From the NCBI GenBank assembly GCA_046155365.1, contig JBJXFH010000198.1:337-64336 (forward strand): a stretch of 64,000 nt of DNA, written 5' to 3'. Within the stretch, counting starts at the first letter, position 1, and each line of letters begins with the position of its first letter. Under the pieces are notes generated by a model. The model was not told the DNA's origin. It saw only the letters and a program-made list of their open reading frames with translations, and searched no databases. Below, piece by piece: positions 9,815 through 19,687 of the stretch. Both the position numbers and the translations under genes were made by a program. This stretch comes from Acidimicrobiales bacterium (lineage in GTDB: Bacteria; Actinomycetota; Acidimicrobiia; Acidimicrobiales; CAIXPF01).

Positions 9815-11443
9815 ATGGCGTTCAACGCCAAGCGGGTGCGAGACGGCGTGCTTTGGAGTGCCGGCCGCGCTATTTTCGTTCGGACCGCTGGAATGCTCAC
9901 CATGATGGCGGCGGTGCGCATGGTGTCACCGGAGGATTTCGGTGTATGGGCGGTGGCGCTGACCGTCCACGCCGTCACCGTGAACTCAGCAGAACTTGGG
10001 GTGGGCTCGCTCCTCATCCGCCGAGATACCGATGCGGAGGCCCTGGCGCCCAGCGCGTCGTTCATCGCCCTGGCATTCAGTGCGATCTTGGGCACGACGT
10101 TGGTGTTGTTCGCGCCGATGCTGGCTTCCGGTCTTGGGGCGCCCGCCGCCGCGCCGGTGATCCGCATCATGGCGGTGTCGGTGGTGCTGGCGGGGTTGGT
10201 AGCAGTACCTAGCGCGCTGCTGGCGCGAGAGTTTCGCCAGCGAGCGGTCTTTGTGGCCCAGCTGCTGTCCACCGTGGTGAGCGGCACGGTGCTGATCATC
10301 ATGGCCACCAGGGGAGCAGGGGCGGCCGCCTTTGCCTGGTCTTTGGTTTGTGGGCAACTGGTGGGGGCGGTCGTCACCATGCATCTGGCCGGTCGTTGGT
10401 ACCGGCCGCGGTTGGACACCGCCGCGGCGGGCTTGCTGCTGCGGGTCGGGGCTCCGCTCGCTGGTGCCAACGTGTTGAACTACGCATTTCTCAACCTGGA
10501 CTACGTGATTGTCGGTCGGGACCGAGGTGCCGCAGCGCTGGGCGTCTACTTGCTGGCCTTCAGCGTGTCCTCATGGCCCTACTCCATTCTGGGGGCCTCG
10601 ATCAACAGCGTGAGCATGCCGGCCTTCTCAGACGTAGCGGGTCCCGCACTTCAGGCGCGGATGGAGTCGACCGTGCAAACAGTGGCCATGGTGGCCTTTC
10701 CAGCGGCGGCCATGATCGCCGCGCTGGCGGGACCGCTCATCGGCACCGTCTACGGACCACGGTGGTCTGCGGCCGCGCCCACCCTCTCTGTCCTGGCGCC
10801 TTATGGGGGTCTCTTCCTCATGACGCTGGTCATGGGCAGCGCACTGGTGGGGGTTGGGCGCTCGGGCACGTTGTTGATGCTCCAGGCTCTTTGGCTGGCA
10901 ACGCTGCTACCGGTGATGATCGTCCTGGTGCGGTCGGAGGGTCCAACGGGAGCGGCGATTGCGCACCTTCTGGTTGTCGTGATCGTGGCCCTGCCGGCTT
11001 ATCTGCTCGCGGTGCGAAAGGGCTCGGGAGTTGAACCTGGCGGAGTGCTGCGGGCGATGGTGGGCCCGGCGGTTATCGCCGCTCTTGCCGGGCTCTGCGC
11101 CTGGCTGGCCGCCATCCAGTTGCGGGAACCGGTCCTTGGGCTGCTGGTGGGGGGAAGCGTCGGGACGCTGATCTACGGGGTGTTGGCGAGTCCACTGCTG
11201 TTGGCCCGGTTGGGAGGCGCCAGCGGTTCGATCAATCGGCGTCTCGGTCCACCCGCCGGTGCGGTGTTGGCGCTCGCCGGACGCTGCGGCGTCGGTGGGG
11301 TGTTGTTCAACAGTCGTTGGCAACGGGTCCAAAGCGAGTCGCCGTGTGAAGTTCGCTGCCGCGGGGACCAACCAGAACTGGTCGAACCACGCCGTGGCAA
11401 CCATCAGGTGCCTCGTCCGCGAGATGGAGAGATAGACCTTTGA
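9815..11443 (+). CDS. polysaccharide biosynthesis protein / Wzx-like flippase (MOP superfamily)
   Basis: Polytopic membrane protein. It starts MAFNAKRVRDGVLWSAGRAIFVRTAGMLTMMAAVRMVSPEDFGVWAVAL, which is typical of PST-family flippases. The ATG at 9815 is preferred over the ORF opening at 9593. Confidence 0.8.
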   Translation: MAFNAKRVRDGVLWSAGRAIFVRTAGMLTMMAAVRMVSPEDFGVWAVALTVHAVTVNSAELGVGSLLIRRDTDAEALAPSASFIALAFSAILGTTLVLFAPMLASGLGAPAAAPVIRIMAVSVVLAGLVAVPSALLAREFRQRAVFVAQLLSTVVSGTVLIIMATRGAGAAAFAWSLVCGQLVGAVVTMHLAGRWYRPRLDTAAAGLLLRVGAPLAGANVLNYAFLNLDYVIVGRDRGAAALGVYLLAFSVSSWPYSILGASINSVSMPAFSDVAGPALQARMESTVQTVAMVAFPAAAMIAALAGPLIGTVYGPRWSAAAPTLSVLAPYGGLFLMTLVMGSALVGVGRSGTLLMLQALWLATLLPVMIVLVRSEGPTGAAIAHLLVVVIVALPAYLLAVRKGSGVEPGGVLRAMVGPAVIAALAGLCAWLAAIQLREPVLGLLVGGSVGTLIYGVLASPLLLARLGGASGSINRRLGPPAGAVLALAGRCGVGGVLFNSRWQRVQSESPCEVRCRGDQPELVEPRRGNHQVPRPRDGEIDL

Positions 11444-11558
11444 TGTGTGCCTTTCTGATGCGCTCCGGGTCCGCATCCCTCGGTGCGCCCGCCAGCCGTT
11501 CTGCTGACCCGTCGCTCGCCGAGGTTGCGGCGGCCCCGTCTCCGAGGAGGGCCTCCTG

Positions 11559-12482
11559 ATGCCAAGTCACGAAACGATTGCGGTGGTGGTGGTGACCTAT
11601 AACAGCGCGCCGCTCATCTCGGGCCTCGTTGAGTCGCTCGGTCCCGGCCTGGCGGGCCTCGAATGGCACCTCACGGTGGTCGACAACGCATCACATGACG
11701 ATACGGTGGCGCAGGTCAACGCTGCGGCCCCCTACGCCACGGTGGTGCAAACAGGCCGGAATGCGGGCTACGCCGCCGGGATCAACGCCGGGTTGGCCGC
11801 GTGTGCCCACCACACCGCGGTACTGGTCCTGAACCCCGACGTTCGTCTCGGCCCTGGGTGCGGTGCGATATTGCTGCGGGAACTCCGCGTATCGGGCACC
11901 GGGATCGCCGTGCCGCTTCTCCTCGACCGGTTCGGTAAGCGCATCGACTCGCAGCGGCGGGAGCCGACAATCATGCGTGCGGTGGGAGATTTGCTGCTGG
12001 GCTCTCGTCGTGCGGGACGCTTTGCCCGACTTGGACAGGTGGTGACGGCGGCTGAGGAGTATGAACGTCCAGCGGTGGTGGACTGGGCCGAGGGCTCCAC
12101 GCTGATGATCAGCGCGGAGTGCCTCGAGAAGGTGGGGTCATGGGACGAGTCCTTCTTCCTGTACTCGGAGGAGACCGAGTTCGCCTTACGGGCTCGTGAC
12201 GGCGGGTTCGTAACTCGTTTCACGCCTCATGCATGGGCCGTGCATCTCGAAGGTGGCTCGGCGACGTCCCTGTCGTTGTGGCCGCTCGTGGTCACCAACT
12301 GGGTTCGGCTCTTCCGGCGCCGCCACGCTCTGGCGCCCTCGATCATGTTCTGGACCGTGATCCTGCTTCGCGAGACCTCTCGGGCCGCCATCGGAAAGAA
12401 GACCAGCCGACGGGCGTTGCGGGTGTTGCTCAACCCGAAGCGCCTTTGCGAGGTTCCAGGGCCCCACTCAATTCGGCCCTAG
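11559..12482 (+). CDS. family 2 glycosyltransferase
   Basis: IAVVVVTYNSAPL..., VVDNASHDDT and GRNAGYAAGINAG form a GT-A fold signature. Confidence 0.85.
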   Translation: MPSHETIAVVVVTYNSAPLISGLVESLGPGLAGLEWHLTVVDNASHDDTVAQVNAAAPYATVVQTGRNAGYAAGINAGLAACAHHTAVLVLNPDVRLGPGCGAILLRELRVSGTGIAVPLLLDRFGKRIDSQRREPTIMRAVGDLLLGSRRAGRFARLGQVVTAAEEYERPAVVDWAEGSTLMISAECLEKVGSWDESFFLYSEETEFALRARDGGFVTRFTPHAWAVHLEGGSATSLSLWPLVVTNWVRLFRRRHALAPSIMFWTVILLRETSRAAIGKKTSRRALRVLLNPKRLCEVPGPHSIRP

Positions 12483-12500
12483 CGCTTTATGCTGCCAGGT

Positions 12501-12520
12501 CCTGATCAAATCAGATCAGG
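12501..12520. terminator. short hairpin between convergent GT2 and deacetylase genes (possible bidirectional terminator)
   Basis: CCTGATC-aaatca-GATCAGG, a perfect 7-bp stem. It lacks a clear U-tract and overlaps the deacetylase stop codon. Confidence 0.3.
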
Positions 12521-13167
12521 CGTTTGTAGATGGACTTGACGTTGGTAGTGAGGCGACGGGAGGCCGGAGGTTGACCAAGCACCTCAGCGCGGAGGTTGGA
12601 CACGGTGTCCTGCTTCCGAACGCTGAAGCGGGGTTGGAGCCAAGCGTCCGGGGAGCAGCTGTGCCGGCGGTCGCTTGTGTAGACCCTGCGGTATCCCAGC
12701 CGCTTTAGGTCGTTGAGCAGTCGCCGATTGTATCGACCAAGCGGGACCGCGGCCGTGTCGACCTTCGCGTCGAGCAGCTCCTCGAGGCGGTGTCTCGCAC
12801 CTTCGAGTTCGTCGTGGCGAGCCTCGTTCCTGAGATCTGGCCACGGGCGATGATCCATACCGTGGCTGCCGATCTCCATACCCTGCCTCTGCAGTTCTCG
12901 CAGCTCGTCCTGGCAGAGGCTTCCAGCCCCCCCCACTCGTCCAGCCACGACGAAGAAGGAGGCGCTCAGGCCCCGCTCGAGCAGACCCGGTAGGCCGATC
13001 TCCACGTCCGAGGCGTTGCCATCGTCAAATGAGACGTGGACATCGGAGCGGGATGCGATCTCATCGAGCAGGGTGTAGTACGTGTCGCTCCTGATCCAAT
13101 AACGGTCCTCGCCCGGTTCAAGCCGGCGTCCGGGGATGCCGATTCCGTGAAAGCAGATGTTGATCAT
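12511..13167 (-). CDS. polysaccharide deacetylase (NodB-homology) family protein
   Basis: FHGIG..., VSFDDGNASD, FFVVAGRVG and GMEIGSHGMDHRPW are present. The ATG at 13167 is preceded by GGAGG. The ORF opens at 13242. Confidence 0.8.
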   Translation of the reverse strand: MINICFHGIGIPGRRLEPGEDRYWIRSDTYYTLLDEIASRSDVHVSFDDGNASDVEIGLPGLLERGLSASFFVVAGRVGGAGSLCQDELRELQRQGMEIGSHGMDHRPWPDLRNEARHDELEGARHRLEELLDAKVDTAAVPLGRYNRRLLNDLKRLGYRRVYTSDRRHSCSPDAWLQPRFSVRKQDTVSNLRAEVLGQPPASRRLTTNVKSIYKRLI

Positions 13168-13273
13168 TCTTTGACCTCCGTGTTCCGATGGTGATCCAGC
13201 GCAGCACCCGTAGGTCTCGTCGCAGGACCGGCCGGTCCGCAAACCTCCAGAGCCGCCGGGCTACCCTGGGCGC

Positions 13274-14146
13274 ATGTCCAAGGACGCGCCTGCGATCGTG
13301 GCCCCCATCGGCCCCGACGATGTTGGTGTCGTTGCGTCGTTTCTTCATGACCATCTGAACCCGCGGGTTGGCACCCAAGCATGGGAGGCGGCCATGCGAG
13401 CACCTTGGCAGAACGACCCCCCGAACCATGGATACTGCCTGCGGGTGGGGGATCGAATCGTAGGTGCGTATCTTGCGCTCTACGCCACCCGGATGGTGGA
13501 GGGCGAACCGGAGCGAGTGTGCAACCTTGCTGCGTGGAGCGTGCTGCAGGAGTACCGCTTCAGTAGTGTGCGGCTTCTGAGAGCGTTGTTGGCGCAGGAT
13601 GGTTATCACTTCACGGATCTGTCCCCGAGCGGGAGCGTCATCGCCCTGAATCAGCGTCTTGGATTCCAGTTTCTCGACACCAGTACCGCGTTGATGCCCA
13701 ATGTTCTCTGGCCCACCTGGCCCGGGGCGGGGGCCATCACCGCCGAGGTCTCGCAGTTGCAGGCAACCCTTCGCGGTGCTGATCTGGAGATCTACCGCGA
13801 TCATGCGCTGGCCCCTGCGGCACATCATCTGCTCCTGACGGGATCCGGTGAGGGCTACTGCTACGTGATCTTCCGTCGGGATCGACGGCGCAACCTGCCC
13901 GTGTTCGCCAACCTGCTGTACGTGAGCAACGGACCATTGTTGGTTCAACTTCGCCGTCAGTTCGCCCGGTACTTGCTCGTACATCATCGCCTGCTCGGAA
14001 CCTTGGCGGAGTTGCGAGTGGTGGGGGAGCGGATAGGCCCCTCGGTGATGATGCGCTCGCCCCGCAGGAAGATGTTCCGTAGTGACTCCCTGCGTCCGGA
14101 ACATATTGACTACTTGTACAGTGAGCTGGTGGCAATCGCTTGGTAG
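13274..14146 (+). CDS. GNAT-like acyltransferase family protein (two-domain, function unknown)
   Basis: 290-aa ORF with coding-like composition. The N-terminal half resembles a GNAT fold (RIVGAYLALY...NLAAWSVLQEYR...LNQRLGF). It is divergent from the deacetylase gene. Confidence 0.5.
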   Translation: MSKDAPAIVAPIGPDDVGVVASFLHDHLNPRVGTQAWEAAMRAPWQNDPPNHGYCLRVGDRIVGAYLALYATRMVEGEPERVCNLAAWSVLQEYRFSSVRLLRALLAQDGYHFTDLSPSGSVIALNQRLGFQFLDTSTALMPNVLWPTWPGAGAITAEVSQLQATLRGADLEIYRDHALAPAAHHLLLTGSGEGYCYVIFRRDRRRNLPVFANLLYVSNGPLLVQLRRQFARYLLVHHRLLGTLAELRVVGERIGPSVMMRSPRRKMFRSDSLRPEHIDYLYSELVAIAW

Positions 14147-16437
14147 GCCAGGGCCAAACGTCGCAGCGGTCGCACTGCAGCGGGCGGCGTGGTGGCGATG
14201 GCGGTGTCCCTCGAACTCTCATCGCGTAACCAGGTGCTGTAGTCGCCGGCCTTGATCGGTCGACGGGCGCTGAAGCGGGCCGCGGCGGCAACCGCTAGAT
14301 AGACCGGAGAGCGAACCAACAAGCGCGGGTCCGTCGCCACGGTGCGCAACGCCGACCGAGTGGAGGTGTTGCGGCTACTCTGCAGGCCCGCCAGCTTGAC
14401 CTGTGCGTTGCCGGTGGCGGTACGAACCCGTCGCCGGTGGAGGTCTCGCAGGGTTCGTGGCGGGAACACCACCACCTGTGCCGAGTCCACTATGGTCCGT
14501 TCACTGGGGCCGAAGGCTTCGGAAACCACCAAGTCGTCGGCCATCATCTGCGGCAAGGCCGCCACCCGCTGGTTCCCACGCTCGGAGAGGGCAATGACGC
14601 CCCGCCCGAACAGGCCGTCTTGCACCCGGGGCAGCCGCTCCCACACGTCGTAGTAACAACGGACCAAGAACCCAACCCCGTCACGGGAAATCACCCGACG
14701 CGGGCCTCCTGCGTCGAGAGCGCCCGAAGTTAGGGCGTTGGCCAACTGACGCACAGACTGACCGGAGATTTGCACATCGGCATCGATAAACAGTCGGGGA
14801 AAGCCCAGCGCGGCGTCATCGCCCAAGCGCAGCGCGGCGCTTTTTGAAGCCTCAGGCGTCTCGATCACGCGGACCTCGGGGCTCGCGAGCCGCGCCAACT
14901 CTGCAGTCCGGTCTTCGCAGCCGTTGCAGACCACCACAATGTCGAACTCGCCCGGCCGGCTGTCAGCCAGCAAACCATGCAGCAAGCGCTCGATGACGCG
15001 CTCCTCGTTGTGCGCTGGAATGACGATACTGGCGAGTGTCCTCGGACCACCACCGCCCATTACAGGCACGGCAGCGGGTCTCGCCACCGCGGCAGGCTCG
15101 ATCGGCGGAACGTGCAAGTCCGGCGCGGAAGGGCGACGGAGCACGAAATCTGCCAGCCTGGCGGAATCATCGAGCGGCACGGGTTTCAGCGGGCTCACAT
15201 CGGCCCTGCCCAAGAGCCGGTCGTAGACCCCAACGTAAGCGCGAGCCTGCGGTTGCCAGTCGAGTGCCCGCACGACCCGCTCCCGGCCCAGCACGCCCAT
15301 CCGCACCCGCAACTGATCGTCGTCGAGCAGGCGTTCAATCGCATCCACATAGCCCGTCAGATCACCCGATGGAACGTACAACGCGGTAGCCCCGGCCGAG
15401 AGGCGGGTCTCTGCCAGGTCGAAACAGACCGACGGAAGGCAATAGCACATGTACTCCATCGTCTTGTTCATGGTGGAGACATCGTTCAGGGGAGTCTTGA
15501 GATCAGGACTGAGCCCGATGTCGGCGGCGCTGAGGTAACTGGCGATCTCGCCGGGCCCGACACGGCCCGTGAACTCCACGTAGTCCTCGAGGCCGAGGCG
15601 TTTGGCCTGGAGACGAAGTCGCTCAAGGCAATCGCCATAGCCGAGCAAGGCCGCCCGCACATCGGTGCGTCCCCGGCTGTACACGAGATCGTGCATGGCC
15701 TCGACGATGACGTGCACCCCGTCCTGGGGGCCCATGACGCCCAAGTAGACAAGCAGGTGCTTCGCCCCCCGCCGGACCTCCGCGGGAGGATAGATCGGAC
15801 GCATACGGGTGGTGTCGGGGCCGCTTCGTACCACTGTCACGTTGCTTTCGGTTCGTGACCCGCGGTGCAGGGCGATGCGTTTGTAGGACTCGTTTGGTGA
15901 GATGACCTCGTCGGCCAGGCGGTAGGTCATACGCTCGAGCCATTGCAGGCCCTGGTATTGAACGGTGGCGCTTCGCCCTTTCGGCGGTCCGAATCGGGAC
16001 ACGAACAGCTCCGGGTTGAGGTCGTGTTGGTCGTACACGAACCTGACCCCGCGGGAGCGCCACAGCGCCGCCAGCAGCCAGTAGGTGTCGGGCGGATTGC
16101 AGGCCTGTATGACCCGGAATGGGCGCTGCCGCCAGACCACTAGTGACAGCCATGCGGTGCGGAGCCAGCAGTAGAGAAACTCGAAGGCGAAGCTCAAGAC
16201 CCCCTCCGTTGGTGGCGCAGGGCGGTACTTGTAGATCGACACGCCGTTGATCTGCTGACGGGAAGGGTCCTCGGCACCCTTCGGGCAGATGACGCTGACG
16301 TTATAGCCAGCAGCAATCAGCGCGTTGCACTCCTGCCACACTCGGCGATCGAGTGGGACCGGCATGTTCTGCACGATGATGAGGACATGCGAGGCTCGGG
16401 CGTCCCCGGTAGGAGTAGGGTTGTGTCTCAATGTCAT
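14110..16437 (-). CDS. bifunctional glycosyltransferase (N-terminal GT4 fused to C-terminal GT2)
   Basis: The N-terminus HVLIIVQNMPVPLDRRVWQECNALIAAGYNVSVICPKG is GT-B/GT4 type. The C-terminal half SIVIPAHNEERVIERLL...FDIVVVCNGCEDRT...FIDADV is GT-A/GT2 type. Confidence 0.85.
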   Translation of the reverse strand: MTLRHNPTPTGDARASHVLIIVQNMPVPLDRRVWQECNALIAAGYNVSVICPKGAEDPSRQQINGVSIYKYRPAPPTEGVLSFAFEFLYCWLRTAWLSLVVWRQRPFRVIQACNPPDTYWLLAALWRSRGVRFVYDQHDLNPELFVSRFGPPKGRSATVQYQGLQWLERMTYRLADEVISPNESYKRIALHRGSRTESNVTVVRSGPDTTRMRPIYPPAEVRRGAKHLLVYLGVMGPQDGVHVIVEAMHDLVYSRGRTDVRAALLGYGDCLERLRLQAKRLGLEDYVEFTGRVGPGEIASYLSAADIGLSPDLKTPLNDVSTMNKTMEYMCYCLPSVCFDLAETRLSAGATALYVPSGDLTGYVDAIERLLDDDQLRVRMGVLGRERVVRALDWQPQARAYVGVYDRLLGRADVSPLKPVPLDDSARLADFVLRRPSAPDLHVPPIEPAAVARPAAVPVMGGGGPRTLASIVIPAHNEERVIERLLHGLLADSRPGEFDIVVVCNGCEDRTAELARLASPEVRVIETPEASKSAALRLGDDAALGFPRLFIDADVQISGQSVRQLANALTSGALDAGGPRRVISRDGVGFLVRCYYDVWERLPRVQDGLFGRGVIALSERGNQRVAALPQMMADDLVVSEAFGPSERTIVDSAQVVVFPPRTLRDLHRRRVRTATGNAQVKLAGLQSSRNTSTRSALRTVATDPRLLVRSPVYLAVAAAARFSARRPIKAGDYSTWLRDESSRDTAIATTPPAAVRPLRRLALAYQAIATSSLYK

Positions 16438-16470
16438 TGGTTGTCCCCCCAGTTGTGTTGGGTTGAGCGC

Positions 16471-16773
16471 TCAGAGGTATTTACATTCAATGAACTGCGA
16501 GAGCGACCCGATCGAGGTGAATACCTCGGCGGTGACCTCGCTCTCGTCAAACTCGATGTCGAAGTGATCCTCCAGAGCCACGATGAGTTCCACGATTGCC
16601 ATCGAATCGAGCTCTGGGAGACTGTCGAGCAGGCGGGTCTCGGAATCGAACCGCATGGCTCGGTCCTCGATGCCAAGTGTGCTCGACACGATGCAGATCA
16701 CGTTGTTGAGAACCGTGTGGGTCAATGTGATGCTCCTGGTCAAAGAGGTCGGTTGGGGGTTGGGGTCCATCAA
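16471..16773 (-). CDS. acyl/peptidyl carrier protein (phosphopantetheine attachment)
   Basis: The LDSLPELDSMAIVELIVALEDHFDIEF motif contains a DSM/DSL-type Ser. The start overlaps the upstream decarboxylase stop (ATGA). Confidence 0.75.
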   Translation of the reverse strand: MMDPNPQPTSLTRSITLTHTVLNNVICIVSSTLGIEDRAMRFDSETRLLDSLPELDSMAIVELIVALEDHFDIEFDESEVTAEVFTSIGSLSQFIECKYL

Positions 16774-18005
16774 ACCAGCACCTCGGCTGGCGTCGGGTGG
16801 CTGAGAAACCCTGTCGGGCTGGCACTCAGCCCATAGGCCCCGGCCTGGAACACGCAGACCAAGTCACCTAGATCCGCAACAGGCAGAAGGACATTGTCCC
16901 CCAGCACATCAAGTGGAGTGCAGAGACACCCCACCACGTTTACGGTTTCTACTGCGGTCTCCGCCATTCGGTTGCCGATAGCCAAGGGGTAGTTGCGCCG
17001 AATCACCTGACCCAGGTTTCCGCTGGCCGCAAGCTGGTGATGCATCCCGCCGTCCACCACTAGATACGTGCGTCCGCGAGATACCTTTCGATCAACGATC
17101 TTGGTAACGTAAACTCCACATTCACCAACGATGTATCGCCCGAGTTCAATCACGACCCGTGCGTCCGGTAGCTGTGGGCGCATGGCTTCCGAAAGCAGCT
17201 GTTCAAGGTTGGCGCCGACGCGGGCAATGTCGAGAGGACGATCCTTGTCGAAGTACGGAATGCCGAAGCCGCCTCCCAGGTTTACGTAACGAACCGGGCT
17301 GGGTGCCCGGGCGGCGAGACGCAGCACCAGCGCCACGGTCTGTCGTTGCGCCTCGCAAAGGACCTCGGCCTGGAGGTTCTGGGATCCGGCAAACACGTGG
17401 AAGCCCACAACATCGACGTCTCGCCGCGCCAGATCCTTGAGGAGGTGGGGTACGCATTCGGCATCCACACCGAAGGGTTGGGCCCCGCCGCCCATGCGCA
17501 TGCCTGAGCCCTTGACGGAGAAGTCAGGGTTGACCCGTACCGCTACCTGTGGCGCCACACCGAGGCGGTCTCCGGCGCAGGCCACAACCTGGGCCTGGAC
17601 AGCGGACTCCACCTCGATGATGATCCCGGCCGCTACCGCCCGGGCGATGTCCTCGGGTGTCTTGCCCGGCCCGGCAAAGCTGACATGCCCCGCCGGGGTG
17701 GGGGTGTCCAACGCGATGCGCATCTCGGCACCCGAGGCCACGTCGAAGCCGTCGACCAGGGTCGCGAGATGTTGGACGACGGCGGGCATAGGGTTGGCCT
17801 TGACCGCATAGCTCAACTCGACGTCGCTGGGGAGAGCCCGTCGCAGCCATGCCACCCGAGCGGTGATGGCGGCGCGGTCGTAGGCGAAGAACGGCGTGGA
17901 TCCCACCCGAGCCGCCAAGCGGTCCAGAGCGACGCCGCCTACGGTGAGCATCCCACCATCGCTCACAGATCCTGCAAGGCCGGGAGGTCCGCCCATGTGG
18001 CTCAT
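16770..18005 (-). CDS. PLP-dependent decarboxylase, Orn/DAP/Arg decarboxylase family (fold type III)
   Basis: YAVKANP (PLP Lys), GFHVFAGSQ, NLGGGFGIPY and CTPLD are present. There is a 4-nt overlap with the ligase gene. Confidence 0.85.
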   Translation of the reverse strand: MSHMGGPPGLAGSVSDGGMLTVGGVALDRLAARVGSTPFFAYDRAAITARVAWLRRALPSDVELSYAVKANPMPAVVQHLATLVDGFDVASGAEMRIALDTPTPAGHVSFAGPGKTPEDIARAVAAGIIIEVESAVQAQVVACAGDRLGVAPQVAVRVNPDFSVKGSGMRMGGGAQPFGVDAECVPHLLKDLARRDVDVVGFHVFAGSQNLQAEVLCEAQRQTVALVLRLAARAPSPVRYVNLGGGFGIPYFDKDRPLDIARVGANLEQLLSEAMRPQLPDARVVIELGRYIVGECGVYVTKIVDRKVSRGRTYLVVDGGMHHQLAASGNLGQVIRRNYPLAIGNRMAETAVETVNVVGCLCTPLDVLGDNVLLPVADLGDLVCVFQAGAYGLSASPTGFLSHPTPAEVLV

Positions 18006-19687
18006 CTGGTCAGCTCCTCTCGGATTCGCTGTCGATCGAATTTGCCATTGGGCGAGCGGGGCACCTCAGCTCGAACCACGATGGTCTTGGGAACCATGTA
18101 GAGCGGAAGGCGGTGTCGAAGCTCACGGATGAGCCGGTGCTCGTCGAGGCTGCAGCCGGCTCCGACCTCGACGGGTCCGGTGACCACCAGGGCGACGTGT
18201 TGTCCGAGCCGCTCGTCGGGCAATCCCAGCGCTACCGCGTCGCGCACCATGCCGGTGTCGTATGCCGCTTCTTCGATCTCGGTAGGGCTGACCCGGTAAC
18301 CAGAGGTCTTGATCATGTCATCGTTGCGTCCGACGAAATAGAGGTATCCCTCTTCGTCGGCGAAGACGATGTCCCCTGACCACACCGCCATGTCCGGGGT
18401 GCAGCGCCATGGCTGGCACAATCCCGGAGCTGGACGGAACCGGGAGCGGGTCCTGTCCGGATCGTTCCAGTAGCCGAGGGCCACCAAGGCGCCACGGTGG
18501 ACCAACTCGCCGTGCTCGCCGGGAAGACATGGAGTTCCGTCGGGCCGAACAACCAAGATTTCGGCATTGGGAATGGCCCTGCCGATAGAGTCCGGCCTTC
18601 GATCGATCTCCGCAGGGTCGAGGTACGTTGAACGGAACGCTTCGGTCAGCCCATACATGAGGTAGGGCCGGGCGTTCGGAAAGCAGCGGCGCAAGCGATC
18701 CAGGGTCTGTTTGGGTAGACGTCCTCCGGTGTTGGCGAAGTAGCGCAGGCGAGCACCGACCGCAGCGGGCCAGTCGCGTTCAGCCAGCTGAATCCACAAC
18801 GGCGGTACGCAGGTCAGGCCGGTCACACCATGGCGTTCGCAGAGCCGGATGACCTCACCTGGGAGCAGATAGTTGTGCAACACGACGTGGGCGCCGACCC
18901 GGAACGCAGTGGACAGTTGGCTGAATCCGGCGTCGAAGCTGAGGGGTAGCGCGGCCAAGATGACGTCATCGGGCCGGTTGACCAGATAGTCGCTGACACT
19001 TTCAGCGCCAACAATCATGTTGCGGTGACTGAGCACCACGCCTTTAGGGTCACCGGTGCTCCCGGATGTATAGAAGATGGCGGCCATGTCGACGTCTACG
19101 CCGCGGGCCACGGGGGCACCGGGTCCGCTCAGCGTGGTTAGGAGCGCCCAGCTGATGACCTTCGCCGCGCCCTTGCCGCCGGGCGCTGAGCTCAGCTGAT
19201 CGGCCGGAGGGCCCGGTGTGACCCCGTCAGGAACAACCACGATGTGGTCGAGTTGGTGAGTCCCGTGATCAACACCAAGCTCCAACGCGGCGAGTCTGTC
19301 GGCGGTGGTGACCAGGATTCGGACCGAGCAGTCATTGAGGATGTACCGCACCTGTCGGGAACGAAGGAGGGGGTTGATGGGAACGAACACGCCCCCCGCA
19401 GCGCTGGTGGCGAACATGGCAGCAACGCTTTCCACGCGCTTGTCGAGGTAGATCCCGACTCGATCGCCGCGGGCCAGGCCAATGCCGCGGAGGCCTTCGC
19501 TGGCTGCTTGGATAACTGACCACATCTCGCCGTAGCTGAGGGTGGTGGTGCCTGAGGTGAGCGCCGGTCGATCGAGGTGCTGGTATGCCTGCTCGGCGAT
19601 GAGATCGTGCAGGAGGGCTGTCATCGAGCCCGCCTTGGCGTGGGTGATCCGCTGGGAGCACCGAAGCACCTGGTCCTCATGACGCAA
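18002..19687 (-). CDS. AMP-dependent synthetase/ligase (adenylate-forming enzyme)
   Basis: Adenylation core motifs are present: IFYTSGSTGDPKGVV, YGLTE and SGDIVFADEEGYLYFVGRNDDMIKTSGYRVSPTEIE. Confidence 0.9.
   Translation of the reverse strand: MRHEDQVLRCSQRITHAKAGSMTALLHDLIAEQAYQHLDRPALTSGTTTLSYGEMWSVIQAASEGLRGIGLARGDRVGIYLDKRVESVAAMFATSAAGGVFVPINPLLRSRQVRYILNDCSVRILVTTADRLAALELGVDHGTHQLDHIVVVPDGVTPGPPADQLSSAPGGKGAAKVISWALLTTLSGPGAPVARGVDVDMAAIFYTSGSTGDPKGVVLSHRNMIVGAESVSDYLVNRPDDVILAALPLSFDAGFSQLSTAFRVGAHVVLHNYLLPGEVIRLCERHGVTGLTCVPPLWIQLAERDWPAAVGARLRYFANTGGRLPKQTLDRLRRCFPNARPYLMYGLTEAFRSTYLDPAEIDRRPDSIGRAIPNAEILVVRPDGTPCLPGEHGELVHRGALVALGYWNDPDRTRSRFRPAPGLCQPWRCTPDMAVWSGDIVFADEEGYLYFVGRNDDMIKTSGYRVSPTEIEEAAYDTGMVRDAVALGLPDERLGQHVALVVTGPVEVGAGCSLDEHRLIRELRHRLPLYMVPKTIVVRAEVPRSPNGKFDRQRIREELTR

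Noticed and set aside
9517-10470. 317-aa minus-strand ORF antisense to the Wzx-like gene. Similar long antisense ORFs include 13118-14104(-), 14977-15858(+), 24167-25204(-), 28308-29411(-), 35008-36513(+), 49001-50473(+) and 62086-63357(+).
   Set aside because: Their translations are Arg/Pro/Gly/Ala-rich and low in complexity, with no motifs. Each is fully nested opposite a gene with strong family signatures. This is the expected stop-codon-poor antisense artefact of high-GC DNA.
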